Shown here piece after piece: positions 45,596 through 54,763 of a stretch of DNA of 64,000 bases. This DNA comes from a virus. The position numbers and the translations under genes were made by a program. The notes under the pieces were generated by a model, which saw nothing but the letters and a program-made list of their open reading frames with translations, did no database searches and was not told the origin of the DNA. The stretch spans positions 1 through 64,000 of the IMG/VR virus record IMGVR_UViG_3300007512_001412; one strand, given 5' to 3'. The number at the start of each line of letters is the position of its first letter. The stretch's first letter is position 1.

Positions 45596-48500
45596 CTACC
45601 CGACCCCCATTCCGCCGCTCGCTACCGACTCCATCTGGAGTGTCGCCGCCAAAGCCTCCGCGCTGGTGAGCGCGGCGGCGTCCACCCCGATCCGGCTCAG
45701 GGCCGCTGTGCTCAACGCGCCGCCCGCCTCGTCCGCACCGAAGGCGAGCAGGGAGGCGAGCGCCACCCGGGTCAGAGGACCGGGGTGTCCGTCGAGGTAC
45801 GCCGCCACAGCCGGGTACGCATCTTCGGAGTCACCCGCCGCGTCGTCGTTCGCGGCTTCCCGCAACTCGTCCTCGCGGAGCAGGGGCACGATCTCATGGA
45901 GGCCCCCCGCACCGAAGGTAGCCGACAGCGTGCCGGGAGCCTCGCTGCTCCTGCTCCGCTGGACCCACTGGCGCGACTGCACCAGCGCGGTGTGCGCGAG
46001 CGAGGCGTTCAGGATGGCTTCGGGGCGCGTCCACCCCACGGGCTGTGCCCCCGTGGACTCGACCTCGTCGTTCCATGCGTCCCACAACTCTTTGTGCAGA
46101 TCCCGCACCGCCGACGCGACCACGTAGCCGCGCCACGTGGCGACGTAGATCGCGGCCTCGCCCTTGCCGGGGCGGAACGCCAGCACGATCTCCAGAAGCT
46201 CCCGGGGATGCGCCGTGAAGTACGGATCGGTGAGGATCACAGGGGAGGGGGTGCCCCGGGGGTAACGCTTGCCGTCCGGGGCGACCGGAGCCGGCACCAG
46301 GGGCAGATCCTTGGGCTCCCCGCTTATGTCCTTCGTCGGAATGTGCCGGATGCGGAGCATGTCCCGGCGTCCGTCGCCGTGCTTCGGCCACGCCACGTTG
46401 AAGGGCTGGAGGGTCTGTTCGCCCTGCACGGTGGTCGGGGTGATCGCGGCGAGCACGCCCCCGTTGCCGATGGGGAGCGCGGTCTGGAGCGCGTCCACGT
46501 ACGTGTCGATGGACGACTTCTTCTTCTTGCCGTCGTCGGCAGCGGTGTAGCTCGCTTCGGACGACGAGGCGGCAAACTCCAGGCCCACGTGCGCCGCCGT
46601 GCGGCCCATCTTCTGCATGACGCCCATGAGGTTGCCGATGTTCTCCGCCGCGCCCGTCGCCTTCGCCGTCAGCGCCGTCTGGTACGCCACGTAGCGACGG
46701 TACTGCTCCGGGGACATGCCGATCTCGACGCGGCGCGTCGGGGGTGCGATCGGCACCTTGCCGCCCGTGAACACGGCCCACTTGTTCCGTTCGGGATCGG
46801 TCGCGTCCAGGGTGGGCGCGTGCTGCGTGACCAAGCTGCCGTCGTCCAGGCGACCCTCGACGGCGTAGTCACCCACGGCGTCCCCGTCGAAGATCCGCAG
46901 CCGATCCTGCGCGCGCACGTGCTCCGTGGAGCCGTCCACGGGGATGAAGTGCCCGCGCACCGTGCCGTCCTGCCCGGTCATCGTGGTAAACACGGATCGG
47001 GAGCCGTTCCCGATCATCCTCCCGCGCAGGGCTTCGGCGTCGTCCACCGTCTTGCGGTTGGCGTAGCGCCGGAACAGGGCCAGGAATTCGTCTTGGTTGC
47101 GGAACGGAGGGACGACCGCCAGCCGCTCCTGCGGCTCCGACGAGGGCTTCGCCACGATCTTCGGCTCGATCTCCACGTACCGGCTGATGAATTCCTCCGG
47201 GGAGTTGATCCCGACCGGAGTGAACACCGACGAGTCCCGCTTCCCGGGCTCTCCGATGTACTGGAACAGGTTGTAGAATTCGATCGGGGACGTCGTCGCC
47301 GGGGTCGCGGTGAGCAGGACCACCCGCCCGTTGTTCCGCCGCACCGCCGCCGCCCGGAATTCCAACTGCCACGCGCTCTTGGAGTTGCCCGTGGTGTACA
47401 GGTACTCGACCTTGCCCTGGCCCAACGAGCCGCGCTTCTGCGGTTCGTACAGCGACTTGAAGCCCTTGTGCGCCTCGTCCACGACGAGGAAATCCACGCC
47501 GGTCGCGTCCCACGTGATCAACTCGCCTGCGGACGTCAGCGCCGGGGGCTTCGGGACGGCGGAGAGCCGTCGTCCCAGCGCCGCAGCCGCCTTCTGCGAC
47601 ATGCGCTTGCCGCTGATGCTCTCATAGTCCTGCACCGGATCGGACACCTCGACGGTGTACGGCCCCCATGATCCGTGGGCGTTGAGCCACTGAGCGACGT
47701 CCTGCGCGGCTTCGACGTTCGTCAGGGGGGACACGGCTCCGGTCTGGAGGTCGCGCGCGGCGTACCCGACGCCGTAGTAGGCCCCGTTGCGCTGCGCGCC
47801 CTTCGGCGCTTCCTCGCCGCTGCGCTTGAACGGCGGCGGCACCGGGTAGCCGTCCGGGTACTGGTTGCGCCGGCTGGGGAGGAACACCACGCCCGCGTAG
47901 ACGTCGTCGGGGAGCACGAACCGATGCGCGTAGGGGGTCACCCCGAAGCCCTGTGTCGGAGCCGGCAGGCCACTGTTGGCGAAGCCGGGGACGTGCCTCG
48001 GGTTGACAGTCTCCCCGTTCACGTCCACGACCCACGCCTTCTCCGGGGCGGCGAGGAGCCGTTCGTACAGGGCCGCGACGGCAACGTCATGGGCCTCGCG
48101 CTTCGGCTGCAAGCGATCCGCGATCCACTCCATGACCGCCTGCACGCGGAAGGGGGCACGGGGATCGTTGATCTCGTCTTCCAGGGTCGCCACGTACTCC
48201 GCCAGCGACATGCCCTTGGGGACGTCGCCAATGTCCAGGCCCGCTGCGGGCTGGATCCGGGTGCCTACGGGGATCGCCTGCGGGGCGACTCCCTGGACCG
48301 GAGGGCCGGTCGCCGCGCCCTTCTCCCACGGGATGTACTCCGTCCCCCGGGGGTCACGGAGGATGATCAGGTACGGCCCGCTGCCGTCGCTGTCCATCTT
48401 GATGACGCGCGCGATCTCCTGGCCGTGCGGCGCGTCGATGAAGACGTACTTGGGATTTGCCGGGGAGATTCCGCTCGCTGTGAGGATGGAGGAATCCCCG

Positions 48501-51500
48501 ATGTACAGCTTCTCGGACACGAACCCTTCGGTCTGCGCCGTGTAGGGCGGGTTCTCGTTCCGCAGCCCACCGGGTCGCGTGGGGGGGTTCTTCGGGTTCA
48601 GCGGGTGGAGCGCGACACGGTGGAGCGCATCCAAATCCAACGCGGATCGCGCGTTCGCCTTGGCGATCGACTCGATCCACTGGTTGGGATCATACGGATC
48701 GGGGTAGCGCAGGACGACCCAGGTCTTCGTGTTGCCGCTCCGTCGCTGCGCCGATCTCAAGTCGGGGCGGCCGGTTGCTTCAAGTCCCCGGGGCTGGTGC
48801 CCCGACGCGACGTACTTCACGGCGAAGCCGCTCTCTCTCACCCCGGCGAACGTGGTGGGAGAGCCAAGGGGCTGCGTGGTGACGGTTTCCTTCGCCAGCA
48901 GCCCCAGGAGCGCCTTCGACGCCCGAATGAGGCGTTCCCGCAACTCGTAGCCTTCGGTGTAGCCCACCGACGTCGTCACGGCGCGGCCGCTCGCGGACTT
49001 GCGGCCCGTGTCGATGTTGATCGACTTGAACAGGCTCTCCTCGATGGACTGGAGGATCGCGGGGGTAGCGAGCACGTGCTCCCGCACGGACGCATCGTCC
49101 AGGGGGAGCGCGTCGAGGCGGGACGCGGGGACGAACACCGCGTCGAAGCGCCCGGAGCGGAATTCCGCCCACTTGTCCGCGACCTCCGTGGGGGTTTCAT
49201 CCTCCGCCTTGAGTGGAGGCGGGGCCTGCGTCTTGCGGATCGGGGTGCCGTCGTCCTTGGTCCCGACCGTGTAGACGCCGCCGTGCAGCGCGATGAATTC
49301 GCCTTCCCGGCGCGACATTTCCGTCGCCACGCGGCGCACCTCGATGGCGTAGAGCGTGGGGTCAGCCTTGAGGTCCGCGATCGTCGCCTTGAATTCCACG
49401 CGGGAGACAGCCTTCCTGGCAGGCTTCCCCTTGCTCACGACGGTGACCGGCTTGACCTGGGATCGGACCCCCTTGTTCCCCGCCGCGACCGCCGCTTCGG
49501 TGCGCCGGAAGGCTTCGTGGAACAACTCCTGCGCCAACCGCACGGAGCGGAGCCGCAGCGGGTGTCGCTTCGCGCGCTTGTTCGGGATCTTGGTCGGGGG
49601 TCGGTACTTCTTGCCGATGATCTCGACCCGGTAGTCGGGAAACTGCTTGAGCAGATCCGCCGTCCACTTCGGGATCAGCGTGTTGGGGACGACGAACACC
49701 GGGCGCTTGGCAAGGCCCCGCTGCTTGGCGTACGCCATCGCCAGGATCGCCACGTTGGTCTTGCCGACGCCGACGCCCATCGCCAGGAGCCCGCCGCCTT
49801 CCTCGACCAGACGGCGCGCGCCCGCCGACTGGTAGGGGTACGGGGCCATCTTGTTCGACGTGCCGTCCGGGCCGACGCCTTCATAGTCGTCCTTGGTCAC
49901 CGGCCCCGCCCGGACCAGCCCCTCCGCGACGTTGTCCGTGTCGTACTCGGGCAGGACGTAGCTGCGCCAGCGCACGTTGTACGCATGGACGACCTGACGT
50001 CGGTGCTCGACGCCCTGGTCGGAGTCGAGGAAGGAGAGCAGGGAGGTGTTGAACCCGGAGGCGTACGCTTCCCGCTGCGCGTCCTTCCGCTTCGCCGTGA
50101 TCATGGACACGGCAGCACCGATCCGCCGTGGCAGATCCGTGGGGGGGATCGAGGGGAACATCGCGCTCAGGTTGGCCCAATCCTGCTGCGTCTTGTTCGG
50201 CCTACAGATATCCGCGAGGTCGCCCAACGTCCACGTGTGGCCCGCCTGGACCGCCACGTTCCCCAGGAGAGCCTGGAGGGTCGCTTCTCCTTCGGGCCAC
50301 AACTCCGCGCGCCATCCCGGCCCCTTCATGCGCGAGAGGACCGGGACCGACGTCAGTGCGTTGGGGCTGAAACAGGAAACGTCGCTGTTGAGGTAGCCCA
50401 GGAGGTAGCGGGTCCGGTGGCTGATCGAGTTCTGGTAGCCGCTCTCCCACGCGGACTTCGACGCGAGGGCTGCGTACGGGATCAACGCGAACACGTACAC
50501 CCGATCCCCGGGCTGGTAGGCCGCGTCCGGGTTCAACTCCCGAAGCTCGCGCAGCGGCATCCGGTAGGAGGCCGCGATGCTCTCCGGGGTGTCCCCCTGC
50601 TCGACGGTGTAGGGGCGCTCCCACGCCAGGGACGTAGCGAACATGCCGCGCCGCAGGCGCACGCGCACGGGCGCGTAGTCCCTGCCCGTGTTCTCCGCGT
50701 CCCTGATCTCCCCGAAGTCCCTGATCCGCTTGTACGTCCACACGTCCACGTAGCCCTTGCCCGTCCTGTACAGGTCTTCTTCGGTCAGAACCGGGGCGGC
50801 GTCGGGGAGCCAGTAGTCGAGGCGCTTGTTGTGCGGCGGGGACAGGGCTTCCCCGGTGGGGACGTCTTCGGGGACGTCCTCCGTGTCGAAGGTGTAGTCG
50901 GTCCCCAAGGTGGTCTTCGACCAGTCGCCGGGGTGCGGGATCTGCACGTACTGGTTGATCCAGGCGTTGAGCGTTTCCACCGGGAGGTACGTGTCGCGGA
51001 CGTCGAGCGCCGGGGCCAGATCCTCCGCCCAATCGGCGTCCCGCGTGTACCCGGCAAACTCGTCGTGCTGCACCATCCCCGCCGTGTAGAGGAACGCGGG
51101 GAGCGCGGGGATCGGCGGGGGCTCACCCGCTGCCAGCACCGTGTCCAGCCGCGTCTTCTTGTTCGTCAGGAGCCGGGAGTAGTAGTCCCGCGTGGGCATC
51201 ATGCGCGAGAGCACGGGGGAGCCGTGGAGATCGGCGTCGAAGCGCCAGCCGTGGTCGTGGAACAGGGCGTTCAGCAGGCTGGTTCCCAGCGTGTCCCGAT
51301 CCACGTCCGGGTCGGACGAGGCCGACACCCACTCGTCCACGAACGCATCGATGTACAGGACCCCTTCGCCCGCCCGGTACATCCAGAGGGCGGAGGCTTC
51401 CAGATCCTCTGCGACGTCCCACGGCCCCGGGTACTCCGTCAACGCCGCAGGCATCGTGCGGAATTCGGGGATCACGTGGCCGTTCGTGTCGAAGACGTGC

Positions 51501-52267
51501 AGGAAGGTGTCCAACTCCGTCGCCGCGCCCGGAGACAAGGCGTTCGGCCCCGCGTGGGGGTCGCCGTGGACCGTGTGCCAGCCCATGATCGCGTCGGACA
51601 ATTCGTACCAGTACGCGCGCGCTTCCTCGCGCCCACTCGCGTCGTCGCGCTGGCGGGCGGCGGCGTACCCCAGGAGGCGCGCGCCGATGACCAGGGCTTC
51701 CTCCTCCGGGTTCTTGGTACGGATGCCTTCTGCGGGTCGGACCTTCGGCTTCGACGGCTTCGACGCCCGCGACGGCTTCGCTCCCGGCTTGATCGGCTTG
51801 TGCCCGATCGCCTCGATCGCCGTGGCGATTGCGCCCCACACCGGCTTGGCGTACGCCACGTACCGGCGCAGCTTGTCGGCGTCCATCTCCATCAGGTCTT
51901 CGGCAACCGGACCCGTTCGCAGGAACAGCGCGTCGTAGCAGACCTTGATTTCTTCGGGGGACACCCACCGCTGGCACTGTTCGCCCAGGACGTTCGGGAG
52001 CAGCGTCTTGACGAATTCCTCGTTGGCGAGCGCAGACGAGTAAAGCTCCTGCGCCTCCGCCCGCCGCATCGTGACGACGATCTGGTTGAGCTTGGGGTCG
52101 GCGTACATCGAGAGGCGCAGCGGCCCCGGCTGGACCTCCGTCCCCACCGCAGCGGCGAACATGGCCGGATCATCGTGCCCCGGGGGGAGGTGCCTTCCGA
52201 CGACCGCGACCGCCCGGTTGACGACTTCGCGGACCCACGTGTCGCCCTGCTGGTTCCCGTTGCTCAC
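45596..52267 (-). CDS. Giant (about 2220 aa) DarB-like protein: LysM plus SNF2 ATPase (RecA1) lobe, lacking helicase-C
   Basis: GTGA-coupled start; LysM YTVEQGDT..IA..LRELNP..PGDRV; PYQ, GVGVGKT, VVP, VDEAH, LLTATP, EFYNLFQY; no motifs V/VI. Confidence 0.88.
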   Translation of the reverse strand: MSNGNQQGDTWVREVVNRAVAVVGRHLPPGHDDPAMFAAAVGTEVQPGPLRLSMYADPKLNQIVVTMRRAEAQELYSSALANEEFVKTLLPNVLGEQCQRWVSPEEIKVCYDALFLRTGPVAEDLMEMDADKLRRYVAYAKPVWGAIATAIEAIGHKPIKPGAKPSRASKPSKPKVRPAEGIRTKNPEEEALVIGARLLGYAAARQRDDASGREEARAYWYELSDAIMGWHTVHGDPHAGPNALSPGAATELDTFLHVFDTNGHVIPEFRTMPAALTEYPGPWDVAEDLEASALWMYRAGEGVLYIDAFVDEWVSASSDPDVDRDTLGTSLLNALFHDHGWRFDADLHGSPVLSRMMPTRDYYSRLLTNKKTRLDTVLAAGEPPPIPALPAFLYTAGMVQHDEFAGYTRDADWAEDLAPALDVRDTYLPVETLNAWINQYVQIPHPGDWSKTTLGTDYTFDTEDVPEDVPTGEALSPPHNKRLDYWLPDAAPVLTEEDLYRTGKGYVDVWTYKRIRDFGEIRDAENTGRDYAPVRVRLRRGMFATSLAWERPYTVEQGDTPESIAASYRMPLRELRELNPDAAYQPGDRVYVFALIPYAALASKSAWESGYQNSISHRTRYLLGYLNSDVSCFSPNALTSVPVLSRMKGPGWRAELWPEGEATLQALLGNVAVQAGHTWTLGDLADICRPNKTQQDWANLSAMFPSIPPTDLPRRIGAAVSMITAKRKDAQREAYASGFNTSLLSFLDSDQGVEHRRQVVHAYNVRWRSYVLPEYDTDNVAEGLVRAGPVTKDDYEGVGPDGTSNKMAPYPYQSAGARRLVEEGGGLLAMGVGVGKTNVAILAMAYAKQRGLAKRPVFVVPNTLIPKWTADLLKQFPDYRVEIIGKKYRPPTKIPNKRAKRHPLRLRSVRLAQELFHEAFRRTEAAVAAGNKGVRSQVKPVTVVSKGKPARKAVSRVEFKATIADLKADPTLYAIEVRRVATEMSRREGEFIALHGGVYTVGTKDDGTPIRKTQAPPPLKAEDETPTEVADKWAEFRSGRFDAVFVPASRLDALPLDDASVREHVLATPAILQSIEESLFKSINIDTGRKSASGRAVTTSVGYTEGYELRERLIRASKALLGLLAKETVTTQPLGSPTTFAGVRESGFAVKYVASGHQPRGLEATGRPDLRSAQRRSGNTKTWVVLRYPDPYDPNQWIESIAKANARSALDLDALHRVALHPLNPKNPPTRPGGLRNENPPYTAQTEGFVSEKLYIGDSSILTASGISPANPKYVFIDAPHGQEIARVIKMDSDGSGPYLIILRDPRGTEYIPWEKGAATGPPVQGVAPQAIPVGTRIQPAAGLDIGDVPKGMSLAEYVATLEDEINDPRAPFRVQAVMEWIADRLQPKREAHDVAVAALYERLLAAPEKAWVVDVNGETVNPRHVPGFANSGLPAPTQGFGVTPYAHRFVLPDDVYAGVVFLPSRRNQYPDGYPVPPPFKRSGEEAPKGAQRNGAYYGVGYAARDLQTGAVSPLTNVEAAQDVAQWLNAHGSWGPYTVEVSDPVQDYESISGKRMSQKAAAALGRRLSAVPKPPALTSAGELITWDATGVDFLVVDEAHKGFKSLYEPQKRGSLGQGKVEYLYTTGNSKSAWQLEFRAAAVRRNNGRVVLLTATPATTSPIEFYNLFQYIGEPGKRDSSVFTPVGINSPEEFISRYVEIEPKIVAKPSSEPQERLAVVPPFRNQDEFLALFRRYANRKTVDDAEALRGRMIGNGSRSVFTTMTGQDGTVRGHFIPVDGSTEHVRAQDRLRIFDGDAVGDYAVEGRLDDGSLVTQHAPTLDATDPERNKWAVFTGGKVPIAPPTRRVEIGMSPEQYRRYVAYQTALTAKATGAAENIGNLMGVMQKMGRTAAHVGLEFAASSSEASYTAADDGKKKKSSIDTYVDALQTALPIGNGGVLAAITPTTVQGEQTLQPFNVAWPKHGDGRRDMLRIRHIPTKDISGEPKDLPLVPAPVAPDGKRYPRGTPSPVILTDPYFTAHPRELLEIVLAFRPGKGEAAIYVATWRGYVVASAVRDLHKELWDAWNDEVESTGAQPVGWTRPEAILNASLAHTALVQSRQWVQRSRSSEAPGTLSATFGAGGLHEIVPLLREDELREAANDDAAGDSEDAYPAVAAYLDGHPGPLTRVALASLLAFGADEAGGALSTAALSRIGVDAAALTSAEALAATLQMESVASGGMGVG

Positions 52268-54747
52268 GCTGCCGATCCTTCCCACGTAATCGGGTCGCCC
52301 ACAAGACCCTGCGCCTTCGTCTGCTCCAGCAGGCGGATCGCTTCGGTGCGGATCGCGGAGGCCCACACCCGTTGATCCGCATCGGAGGGATCCGCCACGG
52401 TCGCGTCGGGGGTGAAGTCGATCCCGAAGCGGTTGGGGTAACGCTTCTGGTAGTCCACCAGCACGCGCGTGAGCACGGTGACGTCGATGGTGGGCGTCGT
52501 CACCGTGTAGACCAAGCGGGTCTTGAGCCCCGTCAAGGCGGAGTCCACCGTCGCCTCGACGCCGCCTTCGACCGTCGCCAGCTTCACGGCGAGCGTTCCC
52601 ATCCCCGCGTGTTCGCCTGCGGGGATGAACACCGCTTCGGGCTCCCACTCCGACATGACGCCCGTGAAGGTGAACCCTGCGGGACCGAAGGCGTTGTTGA
52701 GCCAGTCGGTCCAGCGGTCCGACTCCGCGCTGAATTGCCCCCGGAGGGTCGCGTCCGACGTCCCGGGCTCGACCACCGCCACCGGGTTGCCGGCGACCGC
52801 CGCGCCTTGCGTCCCGATCAGCGCGTCGATCGCCCCTTCGGGACCGGAGAGCCAGAAGAAGGGCTTGACCCCACCGGGGAGGATGGTGTCGTCATCGTCG
52901 GCGGGGAACCCAGTGACCGCCCCTTCGGGGGTGGGGAGGCTCCACGCGCCTCCCGTCTTCTTGGCTCCGGGCACCTGGGACACGAACGTCGAGTCCGCGA
53001 GCACGAACCCACCGTCCAGTCGCAGCACGCGACCGACTACTTCGGCGGGCGGATTGAGCGGGTTGACCGGGCCGGGGCCGACGTGGGCCAGGAAGGCGTC
53101 GGGCGTGAGCACGGAGTACCCCGTGCCGTCCTGCCACGCGCCGCTCTGCTGCGCGGACGTCGCCCCGACGATGGCGACGAGTCGCCACGCGGTGCCTCCG
53201 CCGTCCGGGCCGCGCACCGTGCGCGCCTCGATCTCCGTGGACGTGTCCAGATCCAGCGCGGCGGGTGCGTCCGTCCACAGCTTGACCGTGTCCTCTGCCG
53301 CGACCGCGTCGCCACGCAGCCACTCCCCGATCGCTTCGATCAGGAGCGAGTCGTCAAAGTCTTCGTACTGGCCCGCGTCGATGGCGGCTTCCAGGGCTTC
53401 CTCGACCTTGGCGTACAGGGTGTGGTTGGTGGCGGCGTCCCCCAACTCCTGTGCCGCGACGGCGATGAACCCCAACAGCGCCGTCTTGGAGGGCTCCCCG
53501 CTCACACCCGCGCCCACGGGGGCGGGCGGAACCGGGACGGGGGCGAGCGCCGACTTCCTGCGGACGTCGTAGTTGGCGGGATCGGCTTGCGGCGTCCCCA
53601 CGGGGGAGAACATCGCCTGCTGCTCCGCCATCTGGCGGAGGTACGCCTCGTCGTCGTCCTCGTCCAACAGGTGCGGCGTCTGCCCGGGGGCCGTGAACCA
53701 CAACTGCCACGGGGTGTCCACGGGGACCGGACCGGGCGGGGGCGTCCCGACGTTCAGATCCGGGCGCGACGGCGGTTCCGTCATCGGCGTCGGGGCGATC
53801 TGCTCCGTCGTGTTGACGGGGAGGCCCCCCAGGACGGACCCGGCGACCGGGTCGCTCGCGGCCAGGATCGCCTCGTTCAGCGCATCGGCGGCGGGGCCGA
53901 TGAAGCCCTGCCGCATGGTGGTGCGGAAGCGGTACTCCCGATCCTCCGGGGGCGCGGCGGCGGCGTCGCTGCGGATCTGCGCGACCGTCAGGACGTAGTC
54001 CTCCGCCTCGCCCACCTCGTCCTCGATCCGCTGCGCCAGGGCTGCGGCCCGATCCGCCAGCGTGAACAGGGAGAGGTCTTCGACGGAGGCGTGAACCGCC
54101 GACGCGAGGGGACCGCCCAGGTCCGGGTAGCGCGCGGCTTCCTTGTCGAAGGCGTCCGTGATCGCCTTGGACGCCGCGATGGCGTCCACGCCGCCTGCGG
54201 GGTCCAGCAGGGGGCTGTCGCCCCGGACGACCGCTTCCAGGGCACGCTGCACCTCGACCGCCGTCGCGGTGAGCCCCGCGCGCGCGACCCCGGCCTGGAG
54301 GTCGGCAAGGCGCTTCGCCACGGACGGCGGGTTGATCGCGGTGGCGAGGTCCACCAACTCCTGCGACAGATCCGCGAAGGACGGACCGACGACCGGGGGC
54401 GGCGGGGCGACAACGGGTGCGACGACCGGGGGCGAGGGCGGAGGCGCTACCGGAGCCGGGGGAGCCGGGGGCGGAGGCGCAACGACCGGGGGAGCCGGGG
54501 CCGGGATCGCGTCGATGGCGGGCTGGAGGCGCGTGAGGAAGCGCATGAGCCCGTCGCGGACCACGGCGATGATCTGATCCGTCTGCGGATCGTCCTGGCT
54601 GACCGCATCGTGTGCCGCGTCGAGCATGGCGACCGCCTTGCGCGTGTCGGCCTGTAGATCGACGGGCAGCGCCGCGTAGTACGGGCGGATTGCTTCCGCA
54701 AGTCCGTCCGACAGCGCCTTGATCTGCTGGAGGCGCGGATCGCCCAT
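52264..54747 (-). CDS. Large acidic Pro/Ala-rich protein (probable virion/ejected protein)
   Basis: 827 aa, AGGAGG RBS, coupled to the giant gene. Confidence 0.75.
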   Translation of the reverse strand: MGDPRLQQIKALSDGLAEAIRPYYAALPVDLQADTRKAVAMLDAAHDAVSQDDPQTDQIIAVVRDGLMRFLTRLQPAIDAIPAPAPPVVAPPPPAPPAPVAPPPSPPVVAPVVAPPPPVVGPSFADLSQELVDLATAINPPSVAKRLADLQAGVARAGLTATAVEVQRALEAVVRGDSPLLDPAGGVDAIAASKAITDAFDKEAARYPDLGGPLASAVHASVEDLSLFTLADRAAALAQRIEDEVGEAEDYVLTVAQIRSDAAAAPPEDREYRFRTTMRQGFIGPAADALNEAILAASDPVAGSVLGGLPVNTTEQIAPTPMTEPPSRPDLNVGTPPPGPVPVDTPWQLWFTAPGQTPHLLDEDDDEAYLRQMAEQQAMFSPVGTPQADPANYDVRRKSALAPVPVPPAPVGAGVSGEPSKTALLGFIAVAAQELGDAATNHTLYAKVEEALEAAIDAGQYEDFDDSLLIEAIGEWLRGDAVAAEDTVKLWTDAPAALDLDTSTEIEARTVRGPDGGGTAWRLVAIVGATSAQQSGAWQDGTGYSVLTPDAFLAHVGPGPVNPLNPPAEVVGRVLRLDGGFVLADSTFVSQVPGAKKTGGAWSLPTPEGAVTGFPADDDDTILPGGVKPFFWLSGPEGAIDALIGTQGAAVAGNPVAVVEPGTSDATLRGQFSAESDRWTDWLNNAFGPAGFTFTGVMSEWEPEAVFIPAGEHAGMGTLAVKLATVEGGVEATVDSALTGLKTRLVYTVTTPTIDVTVLTRVLVDYQKRYPNRFGIDFTPDATVADPSDADQRVWASAIRTEAIRLLEQTKAQGLVGDPITWEGSAA

Positions 54748-54763
54748 CCCGCCCTCCTTCTAC

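Noticed and set aside
47675-52375. 1566-aa plus-strand ORF and similar long antisense ORFs (e.g. 9576..11615, 5943..7712, 20083..22008)
   Set aside because: Shadow ORFs of GC-rich genes that have clear motifs on the opposite strand.
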